This document shows, piece by piece, positions 1 to 11,055 of a DNA stretch of 64,000 bases. This stretch comes from Chrysomallon squamiferum (taxonomy: Eukaryota; Animalia; Mollusca). Position 1 is the stretch's first letter. Every line of letters starts with the position of its first letter. Position numbers and translations under genes: made by a program. Where the stretch lies: contig CM022670.1 in the NCBI GenBank assembly GCA_012295275.1, forward strand, positions 12,524,001 through 12,588,000, in the 5' to 3' direction. The notes below the pieces were generated by a model. The model did not search any database. It worked only from the letters and a program-made list of their open reading frames with translations, and was not told the DNA's origin.

Positions 1-1371
1 GAATCGGGCTGAGCTCAAACGATCCAACATTCGTTCTCTCAGTGACATGTTTTTCTGAGTTTGCTTAACTTCACCTGACTTTGGTGAAGTTTGTTGGTTG
101 GTTGTAATGGAGACAACTTTCTTAACTTCTTTTGTGTCACCTGACTTCTTAAATGTTTCTAAATTTGTTGAATTATTTTTATCTCTTGTCTGATGTTTGG
201 AATCTTTCAAATGAACTTTGTCAGTTTTTTTCATACTATTTTCTTTTTTCTGCTTTAATTTCATTTTGTCCTTATTTTGTTGCATTTTTCTGATATCCAA
301 ATATGTTCTCAGTTTATCCACATCAAATGACAACTTGTTTTTCCTTGTTGTTGAAGAGCTTGATGGCTTTTCACATGATTCCAAATGCTGGTTTTCATTT
401 AACCGATTCCTACTTTGATTAAATGCATCTTCAGTATTAATTTCTTTTGCATTCATGATATTTTTATATTTTCTTTTCCCACCACTTTTCATTATTTCTG
501 TGTGTTCAGATGTACTTTGAGAAATTTCTTTATCAACTGATATATTACTCACATCTCTTTTGCATTTAATTTTAGACTTCTTGTCTAATTCAGAAACATT
601 CTCCTCTATTTTCCTTTTTTTAGCTCCTTTCACATTTTGTTTCAAAAGCCTGGATGCTTTTTCTTTTGTTTCATTTGCTATTTTATTTACATTTTTTTCT
701 GGACTAGTAACTTTATCAACATCTTTAACCAAGATCTCAGCAATAGATTTATTTTCCAATATATTTGTTTTCTCATTATCTGCAATGTCAGAACTTTTTT
801 CTTTTTCAACTCGACCCAAATGTTTGTATTTATTTTTCTTGCAAGGTCGCTTTCTTTTCTTTGGCATATGAGATATTTCAGTGCTAACTTTTTTCACGTC
901 ATTACTTATAAACTTTTCTTTTTTCATATCTTTACTTAAATCATTTTCCTTTGAATTATCTGTTGATGGCATACAGTTCTTCTGATCCTCTGCTACAATA
1001 AAAATTCTTGAGACTCCATTGTCTTGTTCCTGACTGTCACTGATGACATTTGTGGTGTTTTCAGAAAGTGATTTTTTAGATCTTCTCTTTTTATTTTTAT
1101 TTTTTATTTTTGGTTTCTCTAATGAGGTATTTGATAAAGATCTTTCATTCATGTTTTCTGTTACTGTCATTTCATCTTCGGATGAGTTTGATTCATCTTC
1201 AGAAAATTCTTCATTCATATTTTTTTTGTTTTTCTTTCTTCTTTTTTCTTTCATTCTTTTTCTTTGCTTCTTACAAATAACAGCATCAGCATCATAAAAA
1301 GTTGATTGTTGTTTGTAACATTTATCAGCTTTGGTTTCCTGAATATGATTTCCCTTTGACACAGCCTCATT
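1..1371 (-). CDS. RRP8: RRP8 large low-complexity basic/acidic exon (partial)
   Basis: About 457 codons with no stop, NEAVSKGNH...KKRKRPCKKNKYKHL...SLRERMLDRLSSARF. Polypyrimidine + AG acceptor at 1372-1390. Confidence 0.88.
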
Positions 1372-1824
1372 CTGAAAGAGAAAACAAAGAAAGAAAAACA
1401 AAAATGAGTACTGAATCATGACCGTCTGCTCAGATCTGTTTGTTTGCTTTAGCTTTAAGTTTACTTGGAAAGAATATATGACTTAATTTTAATTATTCTT
1501 ACTTTCCCAGTTATATAAATACACACAGTTTTAATTTTAGTTCGAGAAATGATATAGGATTATTATTTTACACCATGCCAAACAATGCATTCTAATTTTT
1601 ACTTCATGTATGTTAATGTTTTTATATATAAAATTGTAATATATTTTCAGTTAAACATATTTCATTTTTAAATTACTGATGTTTGTTTATCATTTAAGTA
1701 AATATTAAAATATGTTGTAGTGATTTACTTTTATAATTTCAGCTGATGACAAAGTACCAAACAGAGTTTTCACAAGTATGTCAGTGTGGTTATTACTGTG
1801 CCAATCATTTTCTTCAAATTCCAT
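1..1824 (-). CDS. RRP8: Ribosomal RNA-processing protein 8 / nucleomethylin, 5' portion (coding exons 1824..1729 and 1371..<1; gene continues beyond the left edge)
   Basis: Minus-strand translation. Exon 1824-1729 = MEFEENDWHSNNHTDILVKTLFGTLSSAEIIK (cf. human RRP8 start MFEEPEW), GT donor, phase 0. Acceptor ttttctctttcag precedes a stop-free Lys/Glu/Asn-rich frame 1371..1 ending SLRERMLDRLSSARF, matching the conserved RRP8 motif LR.RM..RL..ARF(RYLNEQLY) before the methyltransferase domain. Confidence 0.88.
1729..1824 (-). CDS. RRP8: RRP8 first coding exon (96 coding nt; exon extends as 5'UTR to acceptor at 1851-1852)
   Basis: ATG at 1824-1822, donor gtaaat after 1729, acceptor ttgtttccag before 1850. 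Confidence 0.8.
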
Positions 1825-2482
1825 GATCAAGTGCTTTAATTAGTCTCAATCTGGAAACAATAATAAAAGCACCTGTAAGTCTTTATTCATAACGTCTACA
1901 ATTTTTACATTATTATTTATGTAATATCGTAATACAGTGTATGCAGTAATTAACTATTTTGATGATTGTTTACATTACTATTACAGGTCAGTACATTTTT
2001 GCTATTTCCATGAATGAATGAAAAAAAATTAACGTGCTAATCAGAGCTAGCTGTTGTGAAGCATTATTTCCATCTCGGCATTTGTCTTAAATAGATTAGT
2101 TATGATCTGCAACAGTACAAGCAGTAAAAAAGTAATAATAATAGTAATACTAATAAACAAACAAATTTATTTTATATTTTATTTGTCATCGTTTTGTATG
2201 AGAAAAATATATATTATAAAAATATAACTTGTTTAAGAAAAGAGGTGGGAAATGCGATATACTACAGTGTTATCCTTTTCTAGACATGTGGTTTTACCTT
2301 TACGAAAATAAACAAGACTAATTATCGTTTTCTCAATGGAGTTATCTCTCTTCTCATGTGTTCCATTAATCACCGCAAAGGAGAGGAAAAGATACTTCAT
2401 GAACTTTAAATGCCATTGTCCATTACTACTACTATTGCTATTACAACCACCAATAACAGCAACAACAGCAACAATAACAAGG

Positions 2483-2527
<45 letters not shown>

Positions 2528-2654
2528 GTGTCGAATGAATGAAATAATTAATTAAGGAAATTATTTTTGATAATACTTCAGTAAATACTGATAAGTGTCA
2601 TAATTTTATATATTTATTTAATTAAAAAAATATAATTTTATAACGTGAGATAGA

Positions 2655-2750
2655 AAAACGTCCTATCAGTTAGCAACAAGAGATCATTTTTGTGCACATT
2701 ACCTAGTAGTATTCATGGATGGAGAAATACATGCTACAGCGTTTATAATA
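2655..2750 (-). mobile_element. Partial SINE remnant in RRP8 intron 1
   Basis: Same ttagcaacaaga..tttt.t..acatt.cc core as at 41124. Confidence 0.4.
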
Positions 2751-2916
2751 TGTATCCTCTATATTTTAATTTAGTCATTGATACTTTTGACTTTCTATCA
2801 ATTTTAATAAAATAATGATAATTAGACTATCATTGTATAAAATGTTACAAAACGCGCCTCGGTACCACTTGCCAGATTTTGCAGCGTTTAATGGTAAAAG
2901 GCGGATCCGCAAATGA

Positions 2917-3249
2917 ACTTACACTTCCGGTTTCAAAGAATGACAACAATTTGACATTTATAGTAGCGATATCTCAAAATTTAGCTTCGCTCGATAATAA
3001 TGGAGAAATCGTAGTATTTTAGTACTAAACTAATTTACATTTTGTCTAGAATGCACGAACTAAAAGACTGTTATAATAAGAGATAACATAAGATTCTAAT
3101 TGCATTTGATTCGAGTCGCACCTTCACAGTCTTGTGCCTGATTCAGTGTTTGGGGCTTGCCCCAGAAACGTTGAGAGTTGGATACTTTATTAAATTCTAC
3201 TTCTAAGTAATAACTTCTTGCGTATTGTTTTTCGTTTGAAATTTTTGCA
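2917..3249. promoter_or_regulatory. Probable bidirectional RRP8/ILK promoter with non-coding RRP8 exon 1
   Basis: Minus-strand donor gtaagt at 2922-2917, preceded by the ETS/GABP motif CCGGAAGT (2930-2923). Locally CpG-richer, and about 330 nt from the ILK ATG at 3250. Confidence 0.55.
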
Positions 3250-3338
3250 ATGGATGATATATTCACACAGGTTCGGGAGGGTAACGCTTTCCATGTACGG
3301 GTGTGGTTAGACAACATAGAGAATGACCTAAATCAGGG
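3250..3338 (+). CDS. ILK: ILK coding exon 1
   Basis: [30 protein letters not shown]; donor gtgagt. Confidence 0.95.
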
Positions 3339-4621
3339 GTGAGTAACGATAACTTCAAATTTCTATATTCAGATAAGGTGTAAGTTTCGTTATCATATCA
3401 GCCAAATGCAGTTTTAACTTTCGGATATGTCCAATAATGAAAATAAAATTATTAATATGAATATCAAAAGAACCTTAATCAAATCTTACGTAATCAAAAG
3501 TTTGGTATAATTATTAAAATTTCATGATAGTGTTGAAGTGGGTGATCCCCCACTGGGTTTGTCTATTTTTAGTAACATTTGTTTTACTAAGGCTTGTGTT
3601 GTGATTGGCAGTGTTCCATATATGGAATTCCATCTTTTATTGGCATCCATCCAAATTAGAGAAGAACATTTGTATCAAGACAGTTTGAGCTGTTTTTAAA
3701 ATATAATTTCAGTAGTACTTTGTTGTTGTTTTTAATAAAATTATAATTATGGGATATTATTATTTTAATATTGTGAGATTTTTTTTTCTGTAACAAAAAT
3801 GCATCTACAAGTTATAAGAAAATTTTATTTATTTATTTATTTATTCACTTTTATTATTTCAATTTTATAATAAGACCAGTGATAGTATAAATATCTTTCT
3901 ATTAATATTACTATTATTATTATAAAAATTCTAAAGAAAGTCCTTTAGACATGGCACTGAAAATAATACTTATAAAATACCTATAGTTTATTTTTTTTTC
4001 TTCTTGTAATACTGTATTTATTTTGTGTTACTTCCAGTGATGATCATAGGTTTAGTTTGCTTCATTGGGCTGCAAGAGAGGGTAGAGCTAATATCTGTGA
4101 CATGTTGATACAGCGAGGGGCTCGAATCAATGCCACAAACATGGGAGATGACACAGCTCTGCATTTGGCAGCAGCTCATGGTCACAGAGATGTTGTTCTA
4201 ATGGTTATTATTATTATTATCATCATCATCATCATCATCATCATTATTATCATTAAATTACAAAATTAAAAAGAGGAAAGAACTACAAACAAAAACAACA
4301 ACAATATCTTTAAAAATATTTTACATATCAATGATTCTCATTAATATCTGCTTTTAATACAGCTGAATTAGAGTCCTTTCACACCTTTTATTTAATATAT
4401 ATATATATATATAATTTTCTACCAATCCAGTTCAGTTAACTTGGTTTGACAGATATTTATTTGTTTTTTCATTTGTTACAGTTACTTCATAACAAAGCTA
4501 ATGTAAATGCAATAAATGAACATGGAAATACACCACTGCATTATGCCTGTTTCTGGGGCTATGAGATAATAGCAGAGGTAAGTGGATATATGTTATTACT
4601 GATTGTATCTGCAGTGTTTCT

Positions 4622-4671
<50 letters not shown>

Positions 4672-5580
4672 GATTAAAAAACAGAACAGATTTATATTCT
4701 CAAGAAATTGTACATGTATATATATATATATATATGTACAAATAGAATGGCACATTTTTATTTACATTTTTATAAATTAATTTTACAGGATTTGGTCAAT
4801 AATGGTTGTCTGGTTAGCATAGCTAACAAATATGATGAATTAGCACTTGACAAAGGAAAAACTAGTCTGGCCAAGCTGTTGAAAGGTTTGTTCAAATGTG
4901 TATGAACGAGACTATGCAGATAAATAAAAGTTTGTTTCAAAGCTTCTTTATTTCAACTTTATTAAAGGTTGTTAGGTGCCAGGTATGATATTGTAAAGGT
5001 ATAAAATATTTGTTTCATAGATGTTATGCACTGAAAGATTACAAGTAATTTTTATTTTTTTTTATTTGAATTTAATGAGGAGAAAAAGATACAGTATTGT
5101 TGTAATTTGTTGATTACATTTCTGACTTAAGTTAAATGCTTAAATTTTTTTTAAAATTTATACATTATGGTAAAGAAAGTCACACTGTATGCATTACTAC
5201 TATTTAATTATTTAAAAGATTAACCACATATTTATTATACATATTAATTATACACATATTAATTAATTATGTGGTAGTATTTATTTTTCTCTGTGGTTTT
5301 ATTTTAGAAAGAGCACAAAACCTTGGACAAGATCTGAGTAAAATACCTTTCAAGGACAGAAGTTGGCTTGGTTACAAAACTCGCAGTAGTAAGTGATAAT
5401 GTCTGGTACTACTTTACCTGTCCTCCACCCTCTTTTCCTTCCAGTATCCAAAGTACATACACTTCTACATACACTAAAATCTTCCTTCTTATAACTTCTT
5501 ATAAAAGATTGCATAACTACTATACCTGTAAAACATCCATTAATCTGTAATGGTAAACTAAAATACCTGTTGTCTTTGTT

Positions 5581-5635
<55 letters not shown>

Positions 5636-5663
5636 TGTGTGTGTGGTTCTGTAGATGGATATA

Positions 5664-5698
<35 letters not shown>

Positions 5699-8600
5699 TA
5701 TTGATAAAGGATTTAAGAAATATTTCTATATGTTGTGAGGAGGCTTTCCCAAGATGCAAAGCTAATATAGGAAAAATACTTTTTAGGACATGTAAAGCAA
5801 ATGTATATATGTTTCTAGCTATATATAATGCATGTTACATGTTGTTTATATTTTAGGAGATGCTCTGTTGTCTCGCCACACTGGTATAGACATGGCTCAA
5901 CTGCAGCTAGTCAGTCATTTAGCGTCAACACATTCAGGAGAGGTAAGTGTCACATTTGTATGTCACAGTACTGATATACTGTGTTAAAATTATATATATA
6001 TATCATTGTGCAAAACTTTAAACATTATCCTAGTGCATCATAATTGTGAATGAAAGATCATAATTTTGATAAGCATCTAACAATATCGTTAAATAGAAAT
6101 GTTTGACATTATAGAAATAACATGATTTTTCAGATATTTTATTCATATAATTCATAGAATTAATAAATATTGTATATAAGTACGTTCTAATATTAATTAT
6201 ATGTTTTACATTATAGAAATAACATGATTTTTCAGATATTTTATTCATATAGCTTATCGAATTAATAAATATCGTGTATAAGTTTATTAATTTTATTTTT
6301 TATTTTTTGTTTTTTGTTTTGTTCTGTTTTAGTTTGTGAGTGTATTTTTGTGTTTATATGTGTTTATTTGTATTCCTAAAGTAATTATGTGTGTATTTAA
6401 AAGTATATAAGATTAGTTGTGATTTAAGGACATTTTTATAGCAATAACATAATCTTTAAAAACTGGTAAAGATTTGACTGATGTATGATAATTATCTTTG
6501 ACTAACAGACATGGCGGGACAGTGGCAGGGAAATGACATTGTTGCTAAGATACTCAGATTAAACGAGTGCACACTGCGTAACTCAAGAGACTTTCAAGAA
6601 GAATTTCCTCGACTCCGGTACTTAACACTTTTAGTACAGCACTATCAGATTAACTAGAATTTTTATTTATACTGATGATGTCATCATTAATTTATTTCAT
6701 TCACATTAACCATTACTTAAAACATAATTTTGCGATCTTTAGAATGTAATTCTTTTTATTATTACTCTATTATTATTATTATTATTATTAAGCAATTTTT
6801 TTTCTATAATGCTCAATGTAATATGTTCCTATTATTTATTGTATTTGCTGTTAATTATCTTTTTATTTTGTTTGTTTCATTTCATAAATTTATTTTATTT
6901 ATTACAGAATTTTCAACCATCCGAATATATTGCCAGTTCTAGCATGCTGTAACCAGCCACCAAATCTGGTTATCATCAGTCAGTTTATGCCTTTTGGATC
7001 TCTTTTTAACACTCTGCATGGAGAATCAGGTATGTATAACATACTTCAAAACTAATATTAACATAAATGTTTCTTTTATATAAAAGATGAAAATGAAAGA
7101 GAGATTTAATATGCCTTGTCAGTCCATTATTTATGCTTAACTAAAAAAAGTAATGAATAAAACTGTGTACTTGTAGGTATTGTTGTTGACCAGAATCAGG
7201 CACTAAGATTTGCTATTGATGTAGCTCGTGGAATGGAATTTTTGCACACTCTAGAGCCGATGGTGCCCAACTTTGTTCTGAACAGCAAACATGTAATGGT
7301 AAGGTGTAATGTATTTTGTTAAAAATATTAACTTCACTTTACAAATGGTACATAGCAGGTTAACTTTTTTTGTTTTCCTTATTTTTGCCTTCAAATTTTT
7401 TTTTACCAGATATTCTTTTTCTATTTAGAAATTAGATAATAAATAAATAAAACAATAAAAAGGTACTAAAAAAGAATAAAATAATTCAATAAACAGCCTT
7501 TGCCAAATAATAAGTAAAACAAAAAAAATAGGTATTTGGGACCAGTACTTGAAATTTTTCTAAACAACCCAACAAAACAGTGCCTATGGCATGTTACATT
7601 TCAAAGAATTGGTATTAAAGTATTAAACAATTATATAAACTGCGTTTTTGAATTTGATGTATAATATCAGAGGAATCTGGATCTGTATTATTCAAATACA
7701 TTTCTTTTAAATTGATTTTTAGGAATATTTTGTTTTTCATTTTTTTATTTATATTTTATTTGAAATTTTTAACTGGAATTTTCAGTTGTATATATTTTTA
7801 CGAAATAAAATAACCTGTTAAGAAATGTTCTATTATACAAATGATTATTATTATTATTATTTCAGTAAAGGGTTTTTCATATTACTAACGACTTTTATTT
7901 ATTAATTAAAATGTTTATTTAATTATTTGCAAGCTTTGTTTAGCTTGTTTTCAGCATAGTTAATGAACTTTAAATTTTTAGATTGATGAAGACCTGGCTA
8001 AAATAAATGTTGATGATCCAAGTCGATATGCCAGTGATATTGCCATTAATGGGGTAACTTCGCAATGCTCATTGTGCATTATTCACATAATGTTTTATAC
8101 ATTATACCCCATGCATCTGTGTATACTAACTAGTAACTTATAAAATTAGGAAATATTAACTTTGTAGGCATTTGAGGGTTATTTGTGTGCGAGAAGATTT
8201 GAATTTGTTATGTTTTATAATCCTTTGAAGCATGGACAAATTTTCATTGATTTTAATTTGAAGATTAGATTCCATAAAATACAGTTATTTTTATTTATTT
8301 ATTTATTTATTGTCATTTTAAAAAAAAATAATTCTCATCTTACTTAGTATTACTGTTACCATATTTTAAAAAATTATTTTTAATTATTACTTAAAAAAAA
8401 AAATACATATATTAGAGATTTAGAAAAAACAAAAATTAACTGACTTGTGAAAACTGTTTCTAATTGATTTATGAAGAATGGTTATGTTTAGATTTGTGTG
8501 TGCGTGTTTTTGTGGGTTTCCTTTTTAATTTAAAAAATTTGTGTAGTATGAAATGATGAGAAATTGTAATAGTCTGTTTCATGGAGATGAATAACTAAAA

Positions 8601-9301
8601 AAATTTGGGCGGGCGAGAGCAGAAAAAAAAAAGTGGTGAGGTGAGCAGGAAAAAATAAGATATATTATGTTGGATAACGGGATTTAGTTATGTTAAATCT
8701 AGCCTTGAATGAGAGTAATAGTACCTGGTATATTAATTACATTTAAAAATGATGTATCTCTATAAATGTTAGTCAGATAAAAACAAAACATTTTTATATT
8801 AGTATTAATTTTATTCATTTATTATTTTAATTTTCATTGTTAAAGCATTAGCATGGGAAAAAAATATAATAATTCAACCAACTTTTTTAAAACATGCATG
8901 AAGTATGCTTTTTTTAACTGTCTGAAACAAAAGGAAAAAACAAAAAACAAAAAATAATCCCTAAATCCATTTTTGTTTTGTTTGTTGTATCTAATACTTT
9001 TTGCAGTCTGAGATGATATGTTTTAATATATCATTTTAAAATGAATTATTAACTGACCAAGCATGGTTAGTTTCCTGATTAACTTGATAATTAATTAGTT
9101 ATATTAATATAAAGGAATGATGACATGTATAATAATTAAAAGGACATTTAGATAAAGTAAATGATCAGAACATTAAAAACATGTATCCATTACGAAAAAA
9201 CGAAACAAAAAAACACAACATAAATAAATATTTTCTGAACAAAAAGTATCAGTACAGAGGGAGTCTGCTGTAGTAGTTGTGTTGTTAAGTGTTTTATTGT
9301 A

Positions 9302-9358
<57 letters not shown>

Positions 9359-10504
9359 ATTGATACATATTTACTTAAGTAACTACTGCTTCATTATGTT
9401 ATGGATGGTGTAAATATACAACATAGTATACAGTATTTTCCTGAGTTTATTTCCTTGGTCATTTGACTATGAAACAAACATACTATATTATGGTGTGAGT
9501 TGTATGTTATACAAATAGTAAAACCTGACTCTGAGAACACTGAACACAAAATAATTTAAAATCTGAACAACTCATTATAATAATAGATATCGTGTCAAGA
9601 CATTTTATTTTATTTTTTCAATTATATAAACTCAAAGTAAGAATTATTGTCTGAATCTCTGACAATCAAGAATTAATAGTCTTGATTTTAAATCAACACT
9701 GATATTTATTGTGTTCAGTGTCCATGTTCCATGTTTTATTATTTTCTTAATATAATAGTCAACATTTGGTACTGGGGACTTTTTCTGTTGGTAAAATATC
9801 TGGCAGAATGGTGTTTTCTGTAGAATTTAGAGTTGTCTTTCTTGTGTGTGCATTATTGGTAATAAAATGAATTTTATTTCAGTTCAGAAGAAGCATAACA
9901 AAACACAATAACCATTGTGATGTTGGATTTGTATAGTGAAATATAAACCTAAATAAAAAAAAATATATAATAAAAAATTAAATTTTTATTATTTTATTTT
10001 TTCAGTTATCTTTCTTATTATAATATTTTTACATACTTTACAACCTTAACTTTTAAAATAAATACACTTTCACATCAAATGTTTCAAATGATTTTTACTA
10101 AGCACCACTAAGAAAAATGGACCATGTTGAAGAATTCCCTAAAAAAAATAATTCATAAAAAATAACTTGAGTTTTTATCACATTTTCTATGTATACATGT
10201 TGTTACATTAATTTTAACATGTGTTTTAGATTGATGAAGATTTGACAGCCAGAATTAACATGGCTGACTATCGATTCTCTTTTCATGAGAAAGGAAAACT
10301 CTACGATCCTGCTTGGGTTGCCCCTGAAGGTAAAAAAAAAAAAAAAAAAAATGATCACATTAGAACATATTTATAATATTTTTATCATTTACAGCTTTTG
10401 ATTCATAGCTATTTGTTTTCAATGTCTGTTTGCTTAAAAACACTGCAGCAAATTGTATTACTAATTTTGTCATCTACCAGTCTGTTATAGCTTTAATATT
10501 TATA

Positions 10505-10538
<34 letters not shown>

Positions 10539-10775
10539 TGTTTCCACAGCTCTTCAACGTAAATCAGAAGACATAAACCAGAGGGCAGCAGACATGTGGA
10601 GCTTTGCCATCTTGCTGTGGGAGCTGGAAACTAGGGAGGTTCCATTTGCAGACATGTCCCCCATGCAGATTGGAATGAAGGTACAGTAGATTTGACTGTC
10701 TTGTCTCACATCTTATGATGGTGTTAGGTTTGGACCTGTATGTTACATCCTGCACTGAGAGACATTGTTTCAGGT

Positions 10776-10816
<41 letters not shown>

Positions 10817-11055
10817 TTTAATTTTTTGTTTTTTTCAAAATGATTTTTTTCCAAATTTAATTTTAAAAATTCCAAATTATGTATTTTATTTTTATTTACC
10901 AGATTGCTTTAGAAGGACTGAGAATTAAAATTCCTCCAGGAATCTCAAGTCACATGTCAAGACTGATAACAATCTGCATGAATGAGGAACCAGGCAAACG
11001 ACCACGATTTGACATGGTCATTCCCATACTCGAGAAGATGAAACACTCTAACTAG
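3250..11055 (+). CDS. ILK: Integrin-linked kinase (ankyrin repeats + pseudokinase), 12 coding exons, about 450 aa after restoring one base in exon 7
   Basis: join(3250-3338,4038-4203,4482-4577,4789-4885,5308-5388,5857-5942,6509-6617,6908-7029,7177-7298,10230-10329,10550-10680,10903-11055), all GT-AG. Protein [45 protein letters not shown]...GNDIVAKIL...[24 protein letters not shown]...PAWVAPEAL...[19 protein letters not shown] is unmistakably ILK. Confidence 0.97.
4038..4203 (+). CDS. ILK: ILK coding exon 2 (ankyrin)
   Basis: [15 protein letters not shown]...[20 protein letters not shown]; acceptor cttccag, weak donor gttatt. Confidence 0.95.
4482..4577 (+). CDS. ILK: ILK coding exon 3 (ankyrin)
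   Basis: [32 protein letters not shown]; donor gtaagt. Confidence 0.95.
4789..4885 (+). CDS. ILK: ILK coding exon 4
   Basis: [32 protein letters not shown]; donor gtttgt. Confidence 0.93.
5308..5388 (+). CDS. ILK: ILK coding exon 5 (linker)
   Basis: (E)[26 protein letters not shown]; donor gtaagt. Confidence 0.93.
5857..5942 (+). CDS. ILK: ILK coding exon 6
   Basis: (R)[28 protein letters not shown]; donor gtaagt. Confidence 0.93.
6106..6283. repeat. Tandem duplication of about 75 bp (period about 102) in ILK intron 6
   Basis: acattatagaaataacatgatttttcagatatt...aattaataaatat occurs at about 6106 and about 6208. Confidence 0.85.
6509..6617 (+). CDS. ILK: ILK coding exon 7 (one base short at the G run 6516-6518)
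   Basis: TWR[G][33 protein letters not shown] needs 110 nt; only 109 are present. Confidence 0.9.
6908..7029 (+). CDS. ILK: ILK coding exon 8
   Basis: [40 protein letters not shown]; donor gtatgt. Confidence 0.95.
7177..7298 (+). CDS. ILK: ILK coding exon 9
   Basis: [40 protein letters not shown]; donor gtaagg. Confidence 0.95.
7982..8053 (+). CDS. ILK: Candidate alternative (cassette) ILK exon, 72 nt, phase 0-0
   Basis: tttttag|ATTGATGAAGACCTG...AATGGG|gtaact encodes [24 protein letters not shown], similar to the start of exon 10 ([13 protein letters not shown]). Confidence 0.7.
9537..9721. mobile_element. MITE-like element with 13-bp terminal inverted repeats
   Basis: acactgaacacaa (9537-9549) and ttgtgttcagtgt (9709-9721) are exact reverse complements around an AT-rich core. 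No target-site duplication seen. Confidence 0.4.
10230..10329 (+). CDS. ILK: ILK coding exon 10
   Basis: [33 protein letters not shown]; donor gtaaaa. Confidence 0.95.
10550..10680 (+). CDS. ILK: ILK coding exon 11
   Basis: [43 protein letters not shown]; donor gtacag. Confidence 0.95.
10903..11055 (+). CDS. ILK: ILK coding exon 12 (terminal)
   Basis: [50 protein letters not shown] then TAG. Confidence 0.95.
   Translation: MALEGLRIKIPPGISSHMSRLITICMNEEPGKRPRFDMVIPILEKMKHSN

Noticed and set aside
218-1297. Plus-strand Phe/Leu/Ser-rich ORFs (218-418, 560-871, 637-939, 1043-1297)
   Set aside because: Antisense shadows of the Lys/Glu-rich RRP8 exon.
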